Shown here piece after piece: positions 45,063 to 55,035 of a stretch of DNA of 64,000 bases. Every line of letters starts with the position of its first letter. Positions within the stretch are counted from its first letter, which is position 1. The position numbers and the translations under genes were made by a program. Below the pieces are notes generated by a model. That model saw only the letters and a program-made list of their open reading frames with translations. It made no database searches and was not told the DNA's origin. The DNA comes from Escherichia phage PC3, in sequence record ON184125; one strand, given 5' to 3'.

Positions 45063-47345
45063 ATGATTAACGTTATAAAACGTGACGGATCTTCTGTCCC
45101 ATTTGATATTGAGAAACTACACGCAGTCGTAGACCGCGCCTGTGATGGCCTGTCTGGTGTGTCAATGTCAGAGGTGATCGCTGCATCGAAGATTCAGTTC
45201 ACCGACAACATGAGAACAGATCGCATTCAGGATATCCTCATCCAGGCTGCGGCTTCACTGATCTCTGTAGACAAACCCAATTACCAGTATGTGGCTGCTC
45301 GTCTGAAGTCGTATGATCTGCGCAAGGCTGTCTACGGTCAGTACAAGCCGCCTCACCTGCTGGACATCTTCGTCAAGAACATCAAACAGCGCGTGTATGA
45401 TCGTGAGTTCCTTGATCTCTACACGACCGAAGAGTTCAACGAGCTGAACGATGTCATCAATCACAAACGCGATAAGAACTTCACGTGGGCGGCCATGGGT
45501 CAGCTGACTGAGAAGTACCTGTTGCGCGACCGTTCCAAGAAAGACAGCAAGATCTTCTACGAAACCCCTCAGGTCATGTACATGGGCATCGCCATGGCGT
45601 TGTTCTCTAACTGGGACAAAGCCAGCCGCCTGGAGATGGTGAAAAAGTTCTATGAATATGCCAGCACAGGCAAGTTCAGTCTTCCCACCCCGATTATGGC
45701 AGGTGTTCGTACTCCTACCCGTCAGTTCAGTTCCTGTGTGTTAATCAAGACTAATGACACCCTGAACTCTATCAACGCAACAGCCAAGACCATCGTTGAC
45801 TATGTGTCCAAACGTGCGGGTATCGGCTTCGATGTCGGGGTAATCCGTGGGATTGGTAGTCCTATTCGCGGCGGAGAGATGGTTCACACAGGCCTGATCC
45901 CGTTCATCAAGTATCTCACTGGGGCACTCAAATCGTGCTCTCAGGGCGGCATTCGTGGTGGTGCAGCAACAGCGTACATCCCTCTGTGGCATTACCAGTT
46001 CGATGACGTCGTTGTTCTGAAGAACAACCGTGGTACTGAAGAAAACCGCGAACGCCGTATCGACTATGGCATTCAGATCAACCGCGTGATGTTTGAGCGC
46101 CTTGTTGCCAAGCAGCCTCTGTATCTGTTCGACCCGAAAGACAACCGCGAAATGTATGAAGCATACTTCGCTGACGTTGACAAGTTCCGTACTCTGTATG
46201 AGAACATGATCAAGGCCGCCGATGCCGGTTTGGTTCGTGCTAAAAAGTTGCAGGCAGAAGAGGTGTTCCAGATGCTGTTAGACCAGCGTTCAGACACAGG
46301 CCGCATCTACATCGCGTTTGTCGATCACATGAATGAATACAGTCCATTCAACCTAGACACGATTTATTCTTCAAATCTTTGTTTAGAAATCGCCCTGCCG
46401 ACCCGTGAGTTTGAGCAGTACAACGATGAAAACGGGCGCGTGGCTCTGTGCACCCTGGCTTCCTTCAACCTGACGGCGTTCGAAGATCCTACGGAAATGG
46501 AAGACGTGGCGTTCGTGTTGGTATCTGCGCTGGACATGCTGTTGGAATATCAGGACTATCCAGCGATTCAGGCTCGTAAAGCTGTTGAAGACTATCGTCC
46601 TCTGGGTGTTGGTATCGTGAACGTGGCTCACTTCTTGGCCAAGAACTTCACGGGCTATGGCTCACCAGCTGGTCTTGAAATGCTGGATGCGTGGATGGCA
46701 CACCTACACTTCTATCTGGTCAAGGCTTCCAACCGCCTGGCTATGAAGTTCGGGGCGTGTAAACGCGGAACCATCCACAATAATGGGCAGGTCACCGCCG
46801 ACCTTCAGCCGCTTCCACTTGATATCCTACCAAATGGCAAGAAGCCAGAAGGGATGGCATACGGGCTGGATTGGGATGGGTTGAAGGATAATCTGAAGAC
46901 CTATGGTATCCGCAACGCCACCCTGCTGGCCGTAGCCCCTACCGAAAGCTCCTCACAGGTCCTCAACGCAACGAACGGTATTGAGCCACCGAAGGGCTTG
47001 GTGAGCATCAAGGGTAGCAAGGACGGCACTTATAAGCAGGTCGTCCCGGACGTTGAGACCCTTGGACCGATGTATGACCTCAAGTGGGACCTGGACTGTA
47101 TTGAGTACCTGAAGACCGCTGCTGTCATCCAGCGCTGGGTTGACCAGTCCATCAGTACCAACACGTGGTATGACCCAGAGAAGTACCCTGACAGCAAGAT
47201 CCCTCGCGCCAAGATGATGCAGGATATCCTGTCGTTCTATATGTGGGGTGGCAAGACTCTGTATTACAACACAAACAAGGACGCCAAGGAAGACGAAGAG
47301 CTGAAACAGGCTGAGGAAACTCAGTGCGACAGCTGTGTTGTATAA
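45063..47345 (+). CDS. nrdA: Ribonucleotide reductase class Ia large subunit (NrdA)
   Basis: N-terminal ATP-cone (VIKRDGSSVPFDIEKL), catalytic NxCxE region (SSNLCLEIALP), C-terminal CDSCVV tail. Confidence 0.9.
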   Translation: MINVIKRDGSSVPFDIEKLHAVVDRACDGLSGVSMSEVIAASKIQFTDNMRTDRIQDILIQAAASLISVDKPNYQYVAARLKSYDLRKAVYGQYKPPHLLDIFVKNIKQRVYDREFLDLYTTEEFNELNDVINHKRDKNFTWAAMGQLTEKYLLRDRSKKDSKIFYETPQVMYMGIAMALFSNWDKASRLEMVKKFYEYASTGKFSLPTPIMAGVRTPTRQFSSCVLIKTNDTLNSINATAKTIVDYVSKRAGIGFDVGVIRGIGSPIRGGEMVHTGLIPFIKYLTGALKSCSQGGIRGGAATAYIPLWHYQFDDVVVLKNNRGTEENRERRIDYGIQINRVMFERLVAKQPLYLFDPKDNREMYEAYFADVDKFRTLYENMIKAADAGLVRAKKLQAEEVFQMLLDQRSDTGRIYIAFVDHMNEYSPFNLDTIYSSNLCLEIALPTREFEQYNDENGRVALCTLASFNLTAFEDPTEMEDVAFVLVSALDMLLEYQDYPAIQARKAVEDYRPLGVGIVNVAHFLAKNFTGYGSPAGLEMLDAWMAHLHFYLVKASNRLAMKFGACKRGTIHNNGQVTADLQPLPLDILPNGKKPEGMAYGLDWDGLKDNLKTYGIRNATLLAVAPTESSSQVLNATNGIEPPKGLVSIKGSKDGTYKQVVPDVETLGPMYDLKWDLDCIEYLKTAAVIQRWVDQSISTNTWYDPEKYPDSKIPRAKMMQDILSFYMWGGKTLYYNTNKDAKEDEELKQAEETQCDSCVV

Positions 47346-47414
47346 ATTGGTCTAAACCTACTACCGTTATATCATCAGGGGTGAGAGATCACCCCTATTC
47401 ATCAGGAGTTCTAT

Positions 47415-47708
47415 ATGTTCCAAACGTTATTGTTAGTCCCTGGCCAACCAGGTATCTTGCTCGAACACAACAGCAAAATGGAAGCGGAGAATGTTCTCCG
47501 CAACGTGAAGGTGGCCACTGCTTGGCACAACGGCGGCGAAGTCACGGCTATCCCGTTGAATTACACGGATCCAATGGATACTGTGAACCGTACTCACATC
47601 CTTCTAGACCTTAGCAAATTACCTGCAGACAAACGCCAGGATTTTGTTGTTAACATCAAGAATTACATCACCACTGAACAGATCAAACTCCACGAAGGCA
47701 AGGCATAA
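47415..47708 (+). CDS. Hypothetical protein (97 aa)
   Basis: ORF with AGGAG SD between nrdA and nrdB. Confidence 0.4.
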   Translation: MFQTLLLVPGQPGILLEHNSKMEAENVLRNVKVATAWHNGGEVTAIPLNYTDPMDTVNRTHILLDLSKLPADKRQDFVVNIKNYITTEQIKLHEGKA

Positions 47709-47709
47709 C

Positions 47710-48813
47710 ATGAGCGAACAGAAACAATTCTCCGTATTCGACCCAAGCTCGGACAACACTGGTCTACCGTTCTTCGGTGACCCAGTGAGCATCCAGCGTT
47801 ACGATGTCGTGGCCTGGCCATTCGTACAGAAGTGGTATGAGAAAGGTCTCAGCCAGTTCTGGCGCCCTGAAGAGGTGGACATCACCAAGGACAAGGCAGA
47901 CTTCGCTACTCTGAACGAAGCAGAGAAACATGTCTACTTCAGCAACCTGAAGCGCCAGACCATGCTGGACTCTATCCAGGGTGCGGCACCGTTCGAGGCG
48001 TTTGGTCCATGGGCGTCTACCCCTGAAATGCAGTTTGCTGTCCTTGAATGGACGCGCCAGGAAGCCATTCACTCTTTATCATACACCCACATTTTGCGCA
48101 ACACTGTGAACGATCCAGGTATCGTGTTTGACCACGTACTGGATGTTGTGGAGATCGTGGACTGTGCTCACCAGATCAGTGTGTACTACGATGACATGGT
48201 ACAGTACAGTGGCATGCGTATGGCCGGACGCATCTTCACCCGAGAAGATCTGATGAATGCCAAACGCGCATTCTGGCGTGCTCTGTTTGCTGCCAACACA
48301 CTGGAAGGTATCCGCTTCTACGTGTCCTTTGCATGCTCTTGGGCATTCACACAGTTCCAGAAGAAAATGGAAGGCAATGCCAAAATCATTCGACAGATCG
48401 CCCGTGATGAGCAGGATCACCTGATCCTGACCCAGACGCTGCTAAACCGCCTGCCTGGTATGGACCCCGACTTTGCAATCATCCGTGAGGAACTGCGTGG
48501 TGAGATGACCCAGATGTTCCTGGACGTGGTCCATCAGGAGAAGGAGTGGGCGAACTACCTATTCAAAGACGGTTCCATCCTGGGGCTGAACGCCAAGATC
48601 CTTCATCAGATGGTAGACTGGCTGGCAACCCACCGGATGGGCGCTATCGGGCACCCATATCCCGGTGAACCTCGCAAGGAGAACCCAGTCCCATGGATTA
48701 ATGACTGGCTAGATAATAAGGCAATGCAGTACGCGTTGCAGGAAGCGGAAGCTCCTGATTATCTGATGGGTGTACTGACTGGTTCGGTATCCGATGGCCT
48801 CAAATTCGCTTAA
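47710..48813 (+). CDS. nrdB: Ribonucleotide reductase small subunit (NrdB)
   Basis: Di-iron ligand pattern (E..H twice) and RNR small-subunit layout; ORF 47644-48813 trimmed to MSEQKQF. Confidence 0.85.
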   Translation: MSEQKQFSVFDPSSDNTGLPFFGDPVSIQRYDVVAWPFVQKWYEKGLSQFWRPEEVDITKDKADFATLNEAEKHVYFSNLKRQTMLDSIQGAAPFEAFGPWASTPEMQFAVLEWTRQEAIHSLSYTHILRNTVNDPGIVFDHVLDVVEIVDCAHQISVYYDDMVQYSGMRMAGRIFTREDLMNAKRAFWRALFAANTLEGIRFYVSFACSWAFTQFQKKMEGNAKIIRQIARDEQDHLILTQTLLNRLPGMDPDFAIIREELRGEMTQMFLDVVHQEKEWANYLFKDGSILGLNAKILHQMVDWLATHRMGAIGHPYPGEPRKENPVPWINDWLDNKAMQYALQEAEAPDYLMGVLTGSVSDGLKFA

Positions 48814-48822
48814 AGGTGAGAA

Positions 48823-49047
48823 ATGATTACGATCTATTCCAAACAAGGTTGCGCTCAGTGTGTAACAGCCGAAAATCTGTGCAAAATGAAAGGGCTGGAG
48901 CACAAGATCCTCAAGCTGGACAAAGATTACCGGCTGGAAGAACTTCAGCAGTTGACGGGTAAGCCGCGCGTGTCGATGCCTGTAATCGTCCTCGCTGACC
49001 AGACCGTGACCGACGTTAATGGACTCGCCGCCAGCCTTAAACGCTGA
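48823..49047 (+). CDS. Glutaredoxin/NrdH-like redoxin
   Basis: 74 aa; N-terminal IYSKQGCAQC CxxC active site; immediately downstream of nrdB. Confidence 0.7.
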   Translation: MITIYSKQGCAQCVTAENLCKMKGLEHKILKLDKDYRLEELQQLTGKPRVSMPVIVLADQTVTDVNGLAASLKR

Positions 49048-49053
49048 CAAGCC

Positions 49054-49084
49054 AAAGCCCCTCAATGAGGGGCTTTACTTTTGA
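49054..49084 (+). terminator. Rho-independent terminator
   Basis: aaagcccctc-aatg-aggggcttt stem-loop followed by ACTTTTG. Confidence 0.7.
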
Positions 49085-49152
49085 AACACCCTCCACTATA
49101 CTTCCCAGTAATTCATTGGCATTCGCCACAAATTGAAAGCGGGAACTATATC

Positions 49153-49614
49153 ATGACAAACAAAGTACTCACCAACCCACTGCACAACTTCGGTTACATT
49201 CAACTCCCTCTGGTGATCGACACCCTGTACGCCGACGACAAAGAAGAGATCTGCTGGTCACCCACCGCACTGATTGAACGCGAAATCTTCAAGTCTGTTG
49301 TTGATGTCATGTTCCGTATCGGTCGCAATGGACCTCTGGTCTACCTCGGCAAGGTGACTGAGTTGAAGACAAGCCACAACGAACGCTTCCTTCGTATCGA
49401 TACAACGGGGTGCTCTCATCAGGACTTCAACACATTGCGCAATTATGTTCTGGTCAACCGCCCGGTCAGTCAACACCGCCCGTATCTGACTTCAATGCAC
49501 ATCGACAATTTCATCACCGACGTGCACCTCCGCGCCGAAACCCTCCATGAAGAGGAAACAGGCCGAGCTATCGACACAGTCTTAAATATGGTTGTGATCA
49601 CCCTGGCGGAGTAG
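49153..49614 (+). CDS. Hypothetical protein (153 aa)
   Basis: ORF 49081-49614 trimmed to ggaactatatcATG (partial copy of conserved element). Confidence 0.45.
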   Translation: MTNKVLTNPLHNFGYIQLPLVIDTLYADDKEEICWSPTALIEREIFKSVVDVMFRIGRNGPLVYLGKVTELKTSHNERFLRIDTTGCSHQDFNTLRNYVLVNRPVSQHRPYLTSMHIDNFITDVHLRAETLHEEETGRAIDTVLNMVVITLAE

Positions 49615-49619
49615 TCCTC

Positions 49620-49970
49620 ATGCAAGATTACAAAGAGTTGAGAATGCAGCTGACAGTCCCCATACCAGACAAAGGTTTATACCAAAACCTGCATCATCTG
49701 ATGTCTGAAGGGCATATGCTGCCTTTGCGGTCTGAGGATGGATCTCAAATCGGTTATGCCACCAGTTGCGTGGTCTACGACAAACCAGGAGACGAAGAGC
49801 GCGGACAGGTCAGTGTGGGTTCCAGATTTGTGTTGAACAAGAAGCTGGAGGGATCAGTGGTTGACGTCAGGCCGATGATTATCCTCTACCAATTCAACGG
49901 TAAAGAGATGTTCAGGTTATTGAGCCACTTCATGTTAGTCGTGGCTCCGGCATTCAGGACGAAATTCTAA
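49620..49970 (+). CDS. Hypothetical protein (116 aa)
   Basis: ORF with GGAG SD; 3' end overlaps convergent minus-strand gene. Confidence 0.4.
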   Translation: MQDYKELRMQLTVPIPDKGLYQNLHHLMSEGHMLPLRSEDGSQIGYATSCVVYDKPGDEERGQVSVGSRFVLNKKLEGSVVDVRPMIILYQFNGKEMFRLLSHFMLVVAPAFRTKF

Positions 49971-50347
49971 TTCGTCCTTTTCAACCACACGGTGTCTGTT
50001 ATTGGATCTGGATTGTTGACCACATAGAATGTGATGGTCACGCCCAGAGAATGGTAATCCTCTGACAGACTCACCGTGACTTCTTCTACCTCTGCTCTGG
50101 GTTCATACAGGGCGATGGCGTCCTCTACTTTGTTCTTCACATCTACCTGGATAGTCGGTGTCGTGTTTTCACCCAGCAGCCCATAAAGCCCCGCGCCGAT
50201 CCCAGGATAAGTGGGCCAGTCCCCGACTGAAGACATGACGATATTCCGCACGGATTGTAAGACAGCATACACACCTGATTTCATAGTGACGTCTTTGGTC
50301 ACCGGATGCATGCCGAACTTCAGATCGACATCTTTATACTCTTTCAT
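49967..50347 (-). CDS. Baseplate wedge protein (gp25/GPW-like)
   Basis: 126 aa; VLQSVRNIVMSSVGDWPTYPGIGAG ... YEPRAEV resembles the gp25/GPW family; GAGAGGA SD. Confidence 0.6.
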   Translation of the reverse strand: MKEYKDVDLKFGMHPVTKDVTMKSGVYAVLQSVRNIVMSSVGDWPTYPGIGAGLYGLLGENTTPTIQVDVKNKVEDAIALYEPRAEVEEVTVSLSEDYHSLGVTITFYVVNNPDPITDTVWLKRTN

Positions 50348-50420
50348 TTCGCGATCCTCTCAGGATGCCTATAAGGAGCAGAGAGACGTGCTGTCCCTCT
50401 GCCACTAAACTTATACCAAC

Positions 50421-52031
50421 TTACTCTTTGGTGCCGAAATTACCACCATTGTCTTTTAATTCTGCCTTGATGTCAATCTCACCCGGACCCGTAGGGGATG
50501 CAGGGGTTGCACCTGACAGAGAAGAAGCGCGACCAGCACCTTCGGCATATATGATGTTACCATTGATCGTCTGAGCGACAGTCAGTTTGTCAGCGATTAT
50601 CTCAGTCGTTAGAATCTTAGGAACCTTCAATGTCCCACCGACCTCCAGAGTCTCGCAGATAATGCGCAGAATATTCTGCGCTTGCATTTCCGCCAAGTCA
50701 CTGAATTTCATCAGCGCTGTGCCCGCAACCACGTTGGAGTAATTGTTGGAATGCAAATGATAGACCTCACCTGTCTTGCGCTGAACTTCAGTTCCTTTGA
50801 CCGTCAGGTTGTGGTCCCCGCCGACATAATAACGCTTGTTGAACATCGTCAGGTCATAGTGGTCTTTGACGGACTTGTTGACCACATCACCATCCGGCAA
50901 CATTTGCTTGTAAGACCCAGACTTATGCATCCAGTGAAGACGTTCACCACCAGGGGTGTCATCCACTTCCATAATATGCCCAGCTCGGGACACCATGACG
51001 TTATTGTACGGGTATTTGGAGCCACCCGCAGCCGGAACCATGGTTTCTCCAGTGTTGTCAATATCCTGTACTCGCCCAGTAGGAGCCGGAGTCGGTTGTT
51101 CCTTTGGAGTACGATCTGGGATAGGTTCTGACCATTTACCATTCTGCTGCGCAGGCACGGCTGTGGCTGTGTTAGCAGGACCAGGCCAACGATATCCCAA
51201 GACCGAAGAACGTCTGAAACGACTGACCTTCACTGAATCGGATTGGTTGCCACCAATACACCAGACATAGTTTGCATCGAACTTCTGCACAAACGCTACG
51301 TGTCCAAATGTAGGGTTGTTACCACGCCGGAAGACTACGATAGCGCCATATTGTGGTGCTGACAGTGGAGTGCCCCATGTAAGGTAAGATCGGGCAAGAG
51401 CGGAGCGTGTAGACGTATATCCAGCCTGTATCATAACCCAACCCACGAACGCCGCACACCACGACACTTCATCTTCAGAAGCACCAAGGGAGGTTGTCTT
51501 GTGATATTCTATAATGCGCGGGTTGTTGTTGAACTTTCCAGCATACTCCTTGATACCTAATTCGCCACGAGCGATTGTCATCCACTTCTCTGGATCATAC
51601 CCGCCAACAGGTGGTTGTGGATCTGGTTGTGGTTCGTCTTCTTGTTTCACAGGAACGTCAGTGACGGCGTTGTACGCCTGACGTTCCACAGATTGAACGA
51701 CCTGCCCGAGAGCCAGTGGGTTTGTGTCGGCACCATCAGTAGGGCTTGAACCAGTCCAAGTCCAGGTGATGCGTAAATTCTGGTATGCTTCGTCAAGGGC
51801 GAACCCCATAACCTCAGTGCCAGGAATGATACCCGTCGGAGACCAACCTAAACCAGCAGAAGAGGCGTTTGAAGCAGGCATCAGTACCTTCGCCCATGGG
51901 AGTTTGTCCGTAGGCAGGAGGACGGGATCGTCGGTGTGTACGCCATAGATGCGGACGGCGACGCGCCCGTTTTGGTCTGGATCGTTGACATCTTCAACGG
52001 TGCCGTAAAACCATCTCATATTGTCTAACAT
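50421..52031 (-). CDS. Baseplate hub/central spike protein (gp5-like) with CHAP peptidoglycan-hydrolase domain
   Basis: N-terminal WFYGTVEDVNDPDQNGRVAVRIYGVH OB-fold like gp5; central CHAP-like Cys (WCAAFVGW) and His (GHVAFV); Gly-rich C-terminus. Confidence 0.6.
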   Translation of the reverse strand: MLDNMRWFYGTVEDVNDPDQNGRVAVRIYGVHTDDPVLLPTDKLPWAKVLMPASNASSAGLGWSPTGIIPGTEVMGFALDEAYQNLRITWTWTGSSPTDGADTNPLALGQVVQSVERQAYNAVTDVPVKQEDEPQPDPQPPVGGYDPEKWMTIARGELGIKEYAGKFNNNPRIIEYHKTTSLGASEDEVSWCAAFVGWVMIQAGYTSTRSALARSYLTWGTPLSAPQYGAIVVFRRGNNPTFGHVAFVQKFDANYVWCIGGNQSDSVKVSRFRRSSVLGYRWPGPANTATAVPAQQNGKWSEPIPDRTPKEQPTPAPTGRVQDIDNTGETMVPAAGGSKYPYNNVMVSRAGHIMEVDDTPGGERLHWMHKSGSYKQMLPDGDVVNKSVKDHYDLTMFNKRYYVGGDHNLTVKGTEVQRKTGEVYHLHSNNYSNVVAGTALMKFSDLAEMQAQNILRIICETLEVGGTLKVPKILTTEIIADKLTVAQTINGNIIYAEGAGRASSLSGATPASPTGPGEIDIKAELKDNGGNFGTKE

Positions 52032-52365
52032 ATTGAATTCCGGTTGTCAAACAAGGATTTGAAGGTATTTATGCGCAGCTGATTTTGCCTTATATACTAT
52101 AGGAAGCTCTGCTTCCGTTCATTTTATTTGTTTTATTCGATCCTATTCGCTTCGCTCATCAAACCGCCCTATGCGGGCAGCACCATTCCAATGCCATGGA
52201 GGCATAAGGGCGAGGCAATAACTGTACACCCCAGAACACTCCTTGAAAAATGGTATTTTACTGACAATCTGATTCAAAACAGACAAACACCAACAAATAA
52301 CTCGGGAATAAGCCCATTATAGCAATTTCAGGTAAAGAAAGTTCGTGTTAACCGATTTTACAGTT

Positions 52366-52396
52366 AAGCCAATAAAAATCCCGCCGAAGCGGGATT
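52366..52396 (-). terminator. Rho-independent terminator (minus strand)
   Basis: aatcccgc-ttcg-gcgggatt stem followed on minus strand by TTTTTATT; downstream of minus gene ending at 52544. Confidence 0.6.
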
Positions 52397-52543
52397 ACTG
52401 TTTCTTAGACAACCTGACCTTGAGGGCTTCGGTTAACAAGTCAAGATGCCATGGCATCGACTCGTTGATTTCAAATATGCTATAGCCGTGTAACTTCAAT
52501 TCATCACACATCACGAAGTAGGATAATAAATCAGTTTCAAACA

Positions 52544-53350
52544 TTAAATGAAAATTTCATTAATACTATTGAATTCGATTTTGTGCTCCTTACCACATTT
52601 CGGACACTTGATCGAACTCTTGTAGTGGATGCGCGGTATTTTATGGAAGAAGTTCTTCGTAATGCTGTCAATAACATCTGATTCGATGTTATCCTTCACC
52701 CACTCAACAAACGCTTCTTTCACACGGCGGCGCTCAGTAGCCTCTTCCGGAGTGATCCCGATTTCTTCAGGATTCTCAACCTTCCACACCTGACCGTCGT
52801 CATCGTATAGACAGTCGATAAAGGTGGCCAGCATCATCTCAACGCTTGCAGCATCAGACAGTGCCGTAGCGTCCGAGAAGGAAGGTTGGCGCATCTTGAG
52901 GTGATATCCACCTGGCAGGTCAAACGTCTCCTGGAAGCCGTCCTGAGCAATGCATTTGACGTTGTTCAACGGGATAGGTAGAGTCAGTTCCTGCTCACAG
53001 GGAACCATCTGGTGCTTTTCTTGACCATCTCCCAGATCGATCATTTCTTCAATCTGATTATTGCACTTATAACGAATCTTCATCAATTCACCGATGGAGA
53101 TCATGCGCATGCGGATGAACACTTCCTCAACAACGCCGATTGGCAGTTTACTGAAAGGTGCGCCTGCATTTACACACTCGCTAAAGAGACTCTCCATCAT
53201 GGCCGCGCGTTCTTCAATCGGCGTTTGCGGATCTGACACCTGAAGTAATAAAGTTTGTTGCCCCGCAGTAAAGGCGCGATATTTGATCACAGTAGGCCAA
53301 AAGTCGCTTTTATATGTCTTTTCTGTTCTGGGCAATGATGGTAAATTCAT
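52544..53350 (-). CDS. Hypothetical protein with C-terminal zinc ribbon (CPKCG)
   Basis: Minus ORF 52544-53464 trimmed to internal ATG with GGAGA SD. Confidence 0.45.
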   Translation of the reverse strand: MNLPSLPRTEKTYKSDFWPTVIKYRAFTAGQQTLLLQVSDPQTPIEERAAMMESLFSECVNAGAPFSKLPIGVVEEVFIRMRMISIGELMKIRYKCNNQIEEMIDLGDGQEKHQMVPCEQELTLPIPLNNVKCIAQDGFQETFDLPGGYHLKMRQPSFSDATALSDAASVEMMLATFIDCLYDDDGQVWKVENPEEIGITPEEATERRRVKEAFVEWVKDNIESDVIDSITKNFFHKIPRIHYKSSIKCPKCGKEHKIEFNSINEIFI

Positions 53351-53399
53351 AATGTATCTCCACGGTATATTGTAAGAGTAATTATAACGAGGAATGAAA

Positions 53400-53924
53400 A
53401 TGCGCGGATTTTGTTTTAGTGAAATAGGCAAAGAACTGTCTATACAATATCCCGATCCCAACACAGACTTCTTTATCTTCCTGACCGATTATGCCAAGAA
53501 AGAGAATATCCTCCATGTGGCAATGAAACACGAAGATTATAAGTTCTGTCGGCTGGGTGTCAAAGACCTGCTGCGTTATGGTCTACAAGTGGTCATCGTA
53601 GACCCATACTACAGCCCTATCGACGATGAAGAAGTTCTACCCGTATATGTTCACCGCAACATCAATACATTGGACAAGCATTATCCAGATTGTATTGTCA
53701 TCGGCGAACTCATCTCGTATTACCATCGTGTGCGAAAGCTGGAACAGATTAAAAGTTATTTTCAAGAGGGTGTTGGTCAATATAAGATGAATGCCCTTAG
53801 TAGTGGATGGATGGTGCTGTCTTCAGCAGGCAGTGCTGACTATATTAAGATGCGTGTCTACCAATACGTTGTGGAGCGCGATTATGAACTGGAGAAAAGT
53901 AATGCAAAACGAAAAACCCGTTGA
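53400..53924 (+). CDS. Hypothetical protein (174 aa)
   Basis: Divergent from minus gene at 53350; second ATG chosen for SD spacing. Confidence 0.4.
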   Translation: MRGFCFSEIGKELSIQYPDPNTDFFIFLTDYAKKENILHVAMKHEDYKFCRLGVKDLLRYGLQVVIVDPYYSPIDDEEVLPVYVHRNINTLDKHYPDCIVIGELISYYHRVRKLEQIKSYFQEGVGQYKMNALSSGWMVLSSAGSADYIKMRVYQYVVERDYELEKSNAKRKTR

Positions 53925-54393
53925 ACGTGCTCCGATTGAGGAAGTACAACAACACGTCCTGGACCTTATGAAACACACAGTTTCTGATGCCGAAGGTAAA
54001 GTGCCGGATGAGTTCATCGGTGCGTTCGATCAGGTGGCTTTCGATACCGAGGGAGTTCCTTTGATCCAGACGATCGCTGGTATGGTTTTGTTTGAACCAA
54101 AAGCAGTAGAAAATGGCGTAATCGTCTACTCAGCCAACATCGGTGTGGACGGTGAGTCCCTGTCTCTCGAAGTTAGCAACATTGCTAAGTACCTGATCAA
54201 GTGTGGTTATGATCTGCAGGTTGTGACAGCCCACTACATCGATCCTCAGGGGCAGATCTCCTACGGTGATGAAGCTCGCAAAGTGAAACGCCACATCGAC
54301 ACTACCGTGATCCTGCAGAGTATCCAACAGATGCAGAAGAACCTGGACCACCCTGGTCTGATCCTGCCTGATAGCAAAAACATCACCCGTTAA
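53902..54393 (+). CDS. Hypothetical protein (163 aa)
   Basis: ORF 53791-54393 trimmed to ATG after GGAG. Confidence 0.4.
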   Translation: MQNEKPVERAPIEEVQQHVLDLMKHTVSDAEGKVPDEFIGAFDQVAFDTEGVPLIQTIAGMVLFEPKAVENGVIVYSANIGVDGESLSLEVSNIAKYLIKCGYDLQVVTAHYIDPQGQISYGDEARKVKRHIDTTVILQSIQQMQKNLDHPGLILPDSKNITR

Positions 54394-54400
54394 CCCGGCG

Positions 54401-54447
54401 TAAATAGCCCATACACCAATGAAACTTCGTTATGGGCTATTTACATG
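54401..54447 (+). promoter_or_regulatory. 13-bp inverted-repeat hairpin abutting the RuvC-like start codon; 5' arm contains TAAATA
   Basis: taaatagcccata ... tatgggctattta ending 1-2 nt before ATG 54445. Confidence 0.4.
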
Positions 54448-55035
54448 AAATATTGCGGAATCGACTACTCCTATGGCTGTCCATCCCTGTGCTTCTGGGA
54501 TGATAAAGACCCTCTTGATTTTGATCATCTGCGCTTCTACGCATATTATACTGTGGAGAAGTACTGCACTCAGATTCGTCAGAACATCCTTATCATGAAG
54601 CAACCGAAGTGGGATACCCCAGAAGAACGCTTCTATAACATCTGTAAATGGGCTGAGGCTGTCCTGTTGACTGAGAAGCCGGATGTGATCACTCTTGAAG
54701 GGTATGCTATGGGCAACTCTAAGAACTCCAATAACATATGCCAGACCGCAGAGAATACCTCACTGTTGAAGCAAGCCCTGCGCCGTAACAATTTCGACTT
54801 CCAGATCGTGACGCCATCCCATGTGAAGAAGATGTTCACCGACAAGGGCAACGCCGATAAACACGTCATGATCGCTCACTTCGAGTCACTGTTCAATGTT
54901 AGCATGCGCGGTATAATGGATATGTTGGAAGTTAAGGATCCCAAGCCAATCGATGACCTCGTGGATTCGTTTGCGATAATGGCTTGTGGCTCTTACTTCA
55001 TTGAGAATAATCCAGACTTCAACAGAGGTATATGA
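54445..55035 (+). CDS. RuvC-like Holliday junction resolvase
   Basis: N-terminal MKYCGIDYSYG and later acidic residues in a RuvC-like arrangement; assignment from motif memory. Confidence 0.5.
   Translation: MKYCGIDYSYGCPSLCFWDDKDPLDFDHLRFYAYYTVEKYCTQIRQNILIMKQPKWDTPEERFYNICKWAEAVLLTEKPDVITLEGYAMGNSKNSNNICQTAENTSLLKQALRRNNFDFQIVTPSHVKKMFTDKGNADKHVMIAHFESLFNVSMRGIMDMLEVKDPKPIDDLVDSFAIMACGSYFIENNPDFNRGI

Noticed and set aside
52128-52322. 64-aa ORF in the baseplate intergenic region
   Set aside because: Not protein-like, overlaps repeat and terminator sequences, no SD
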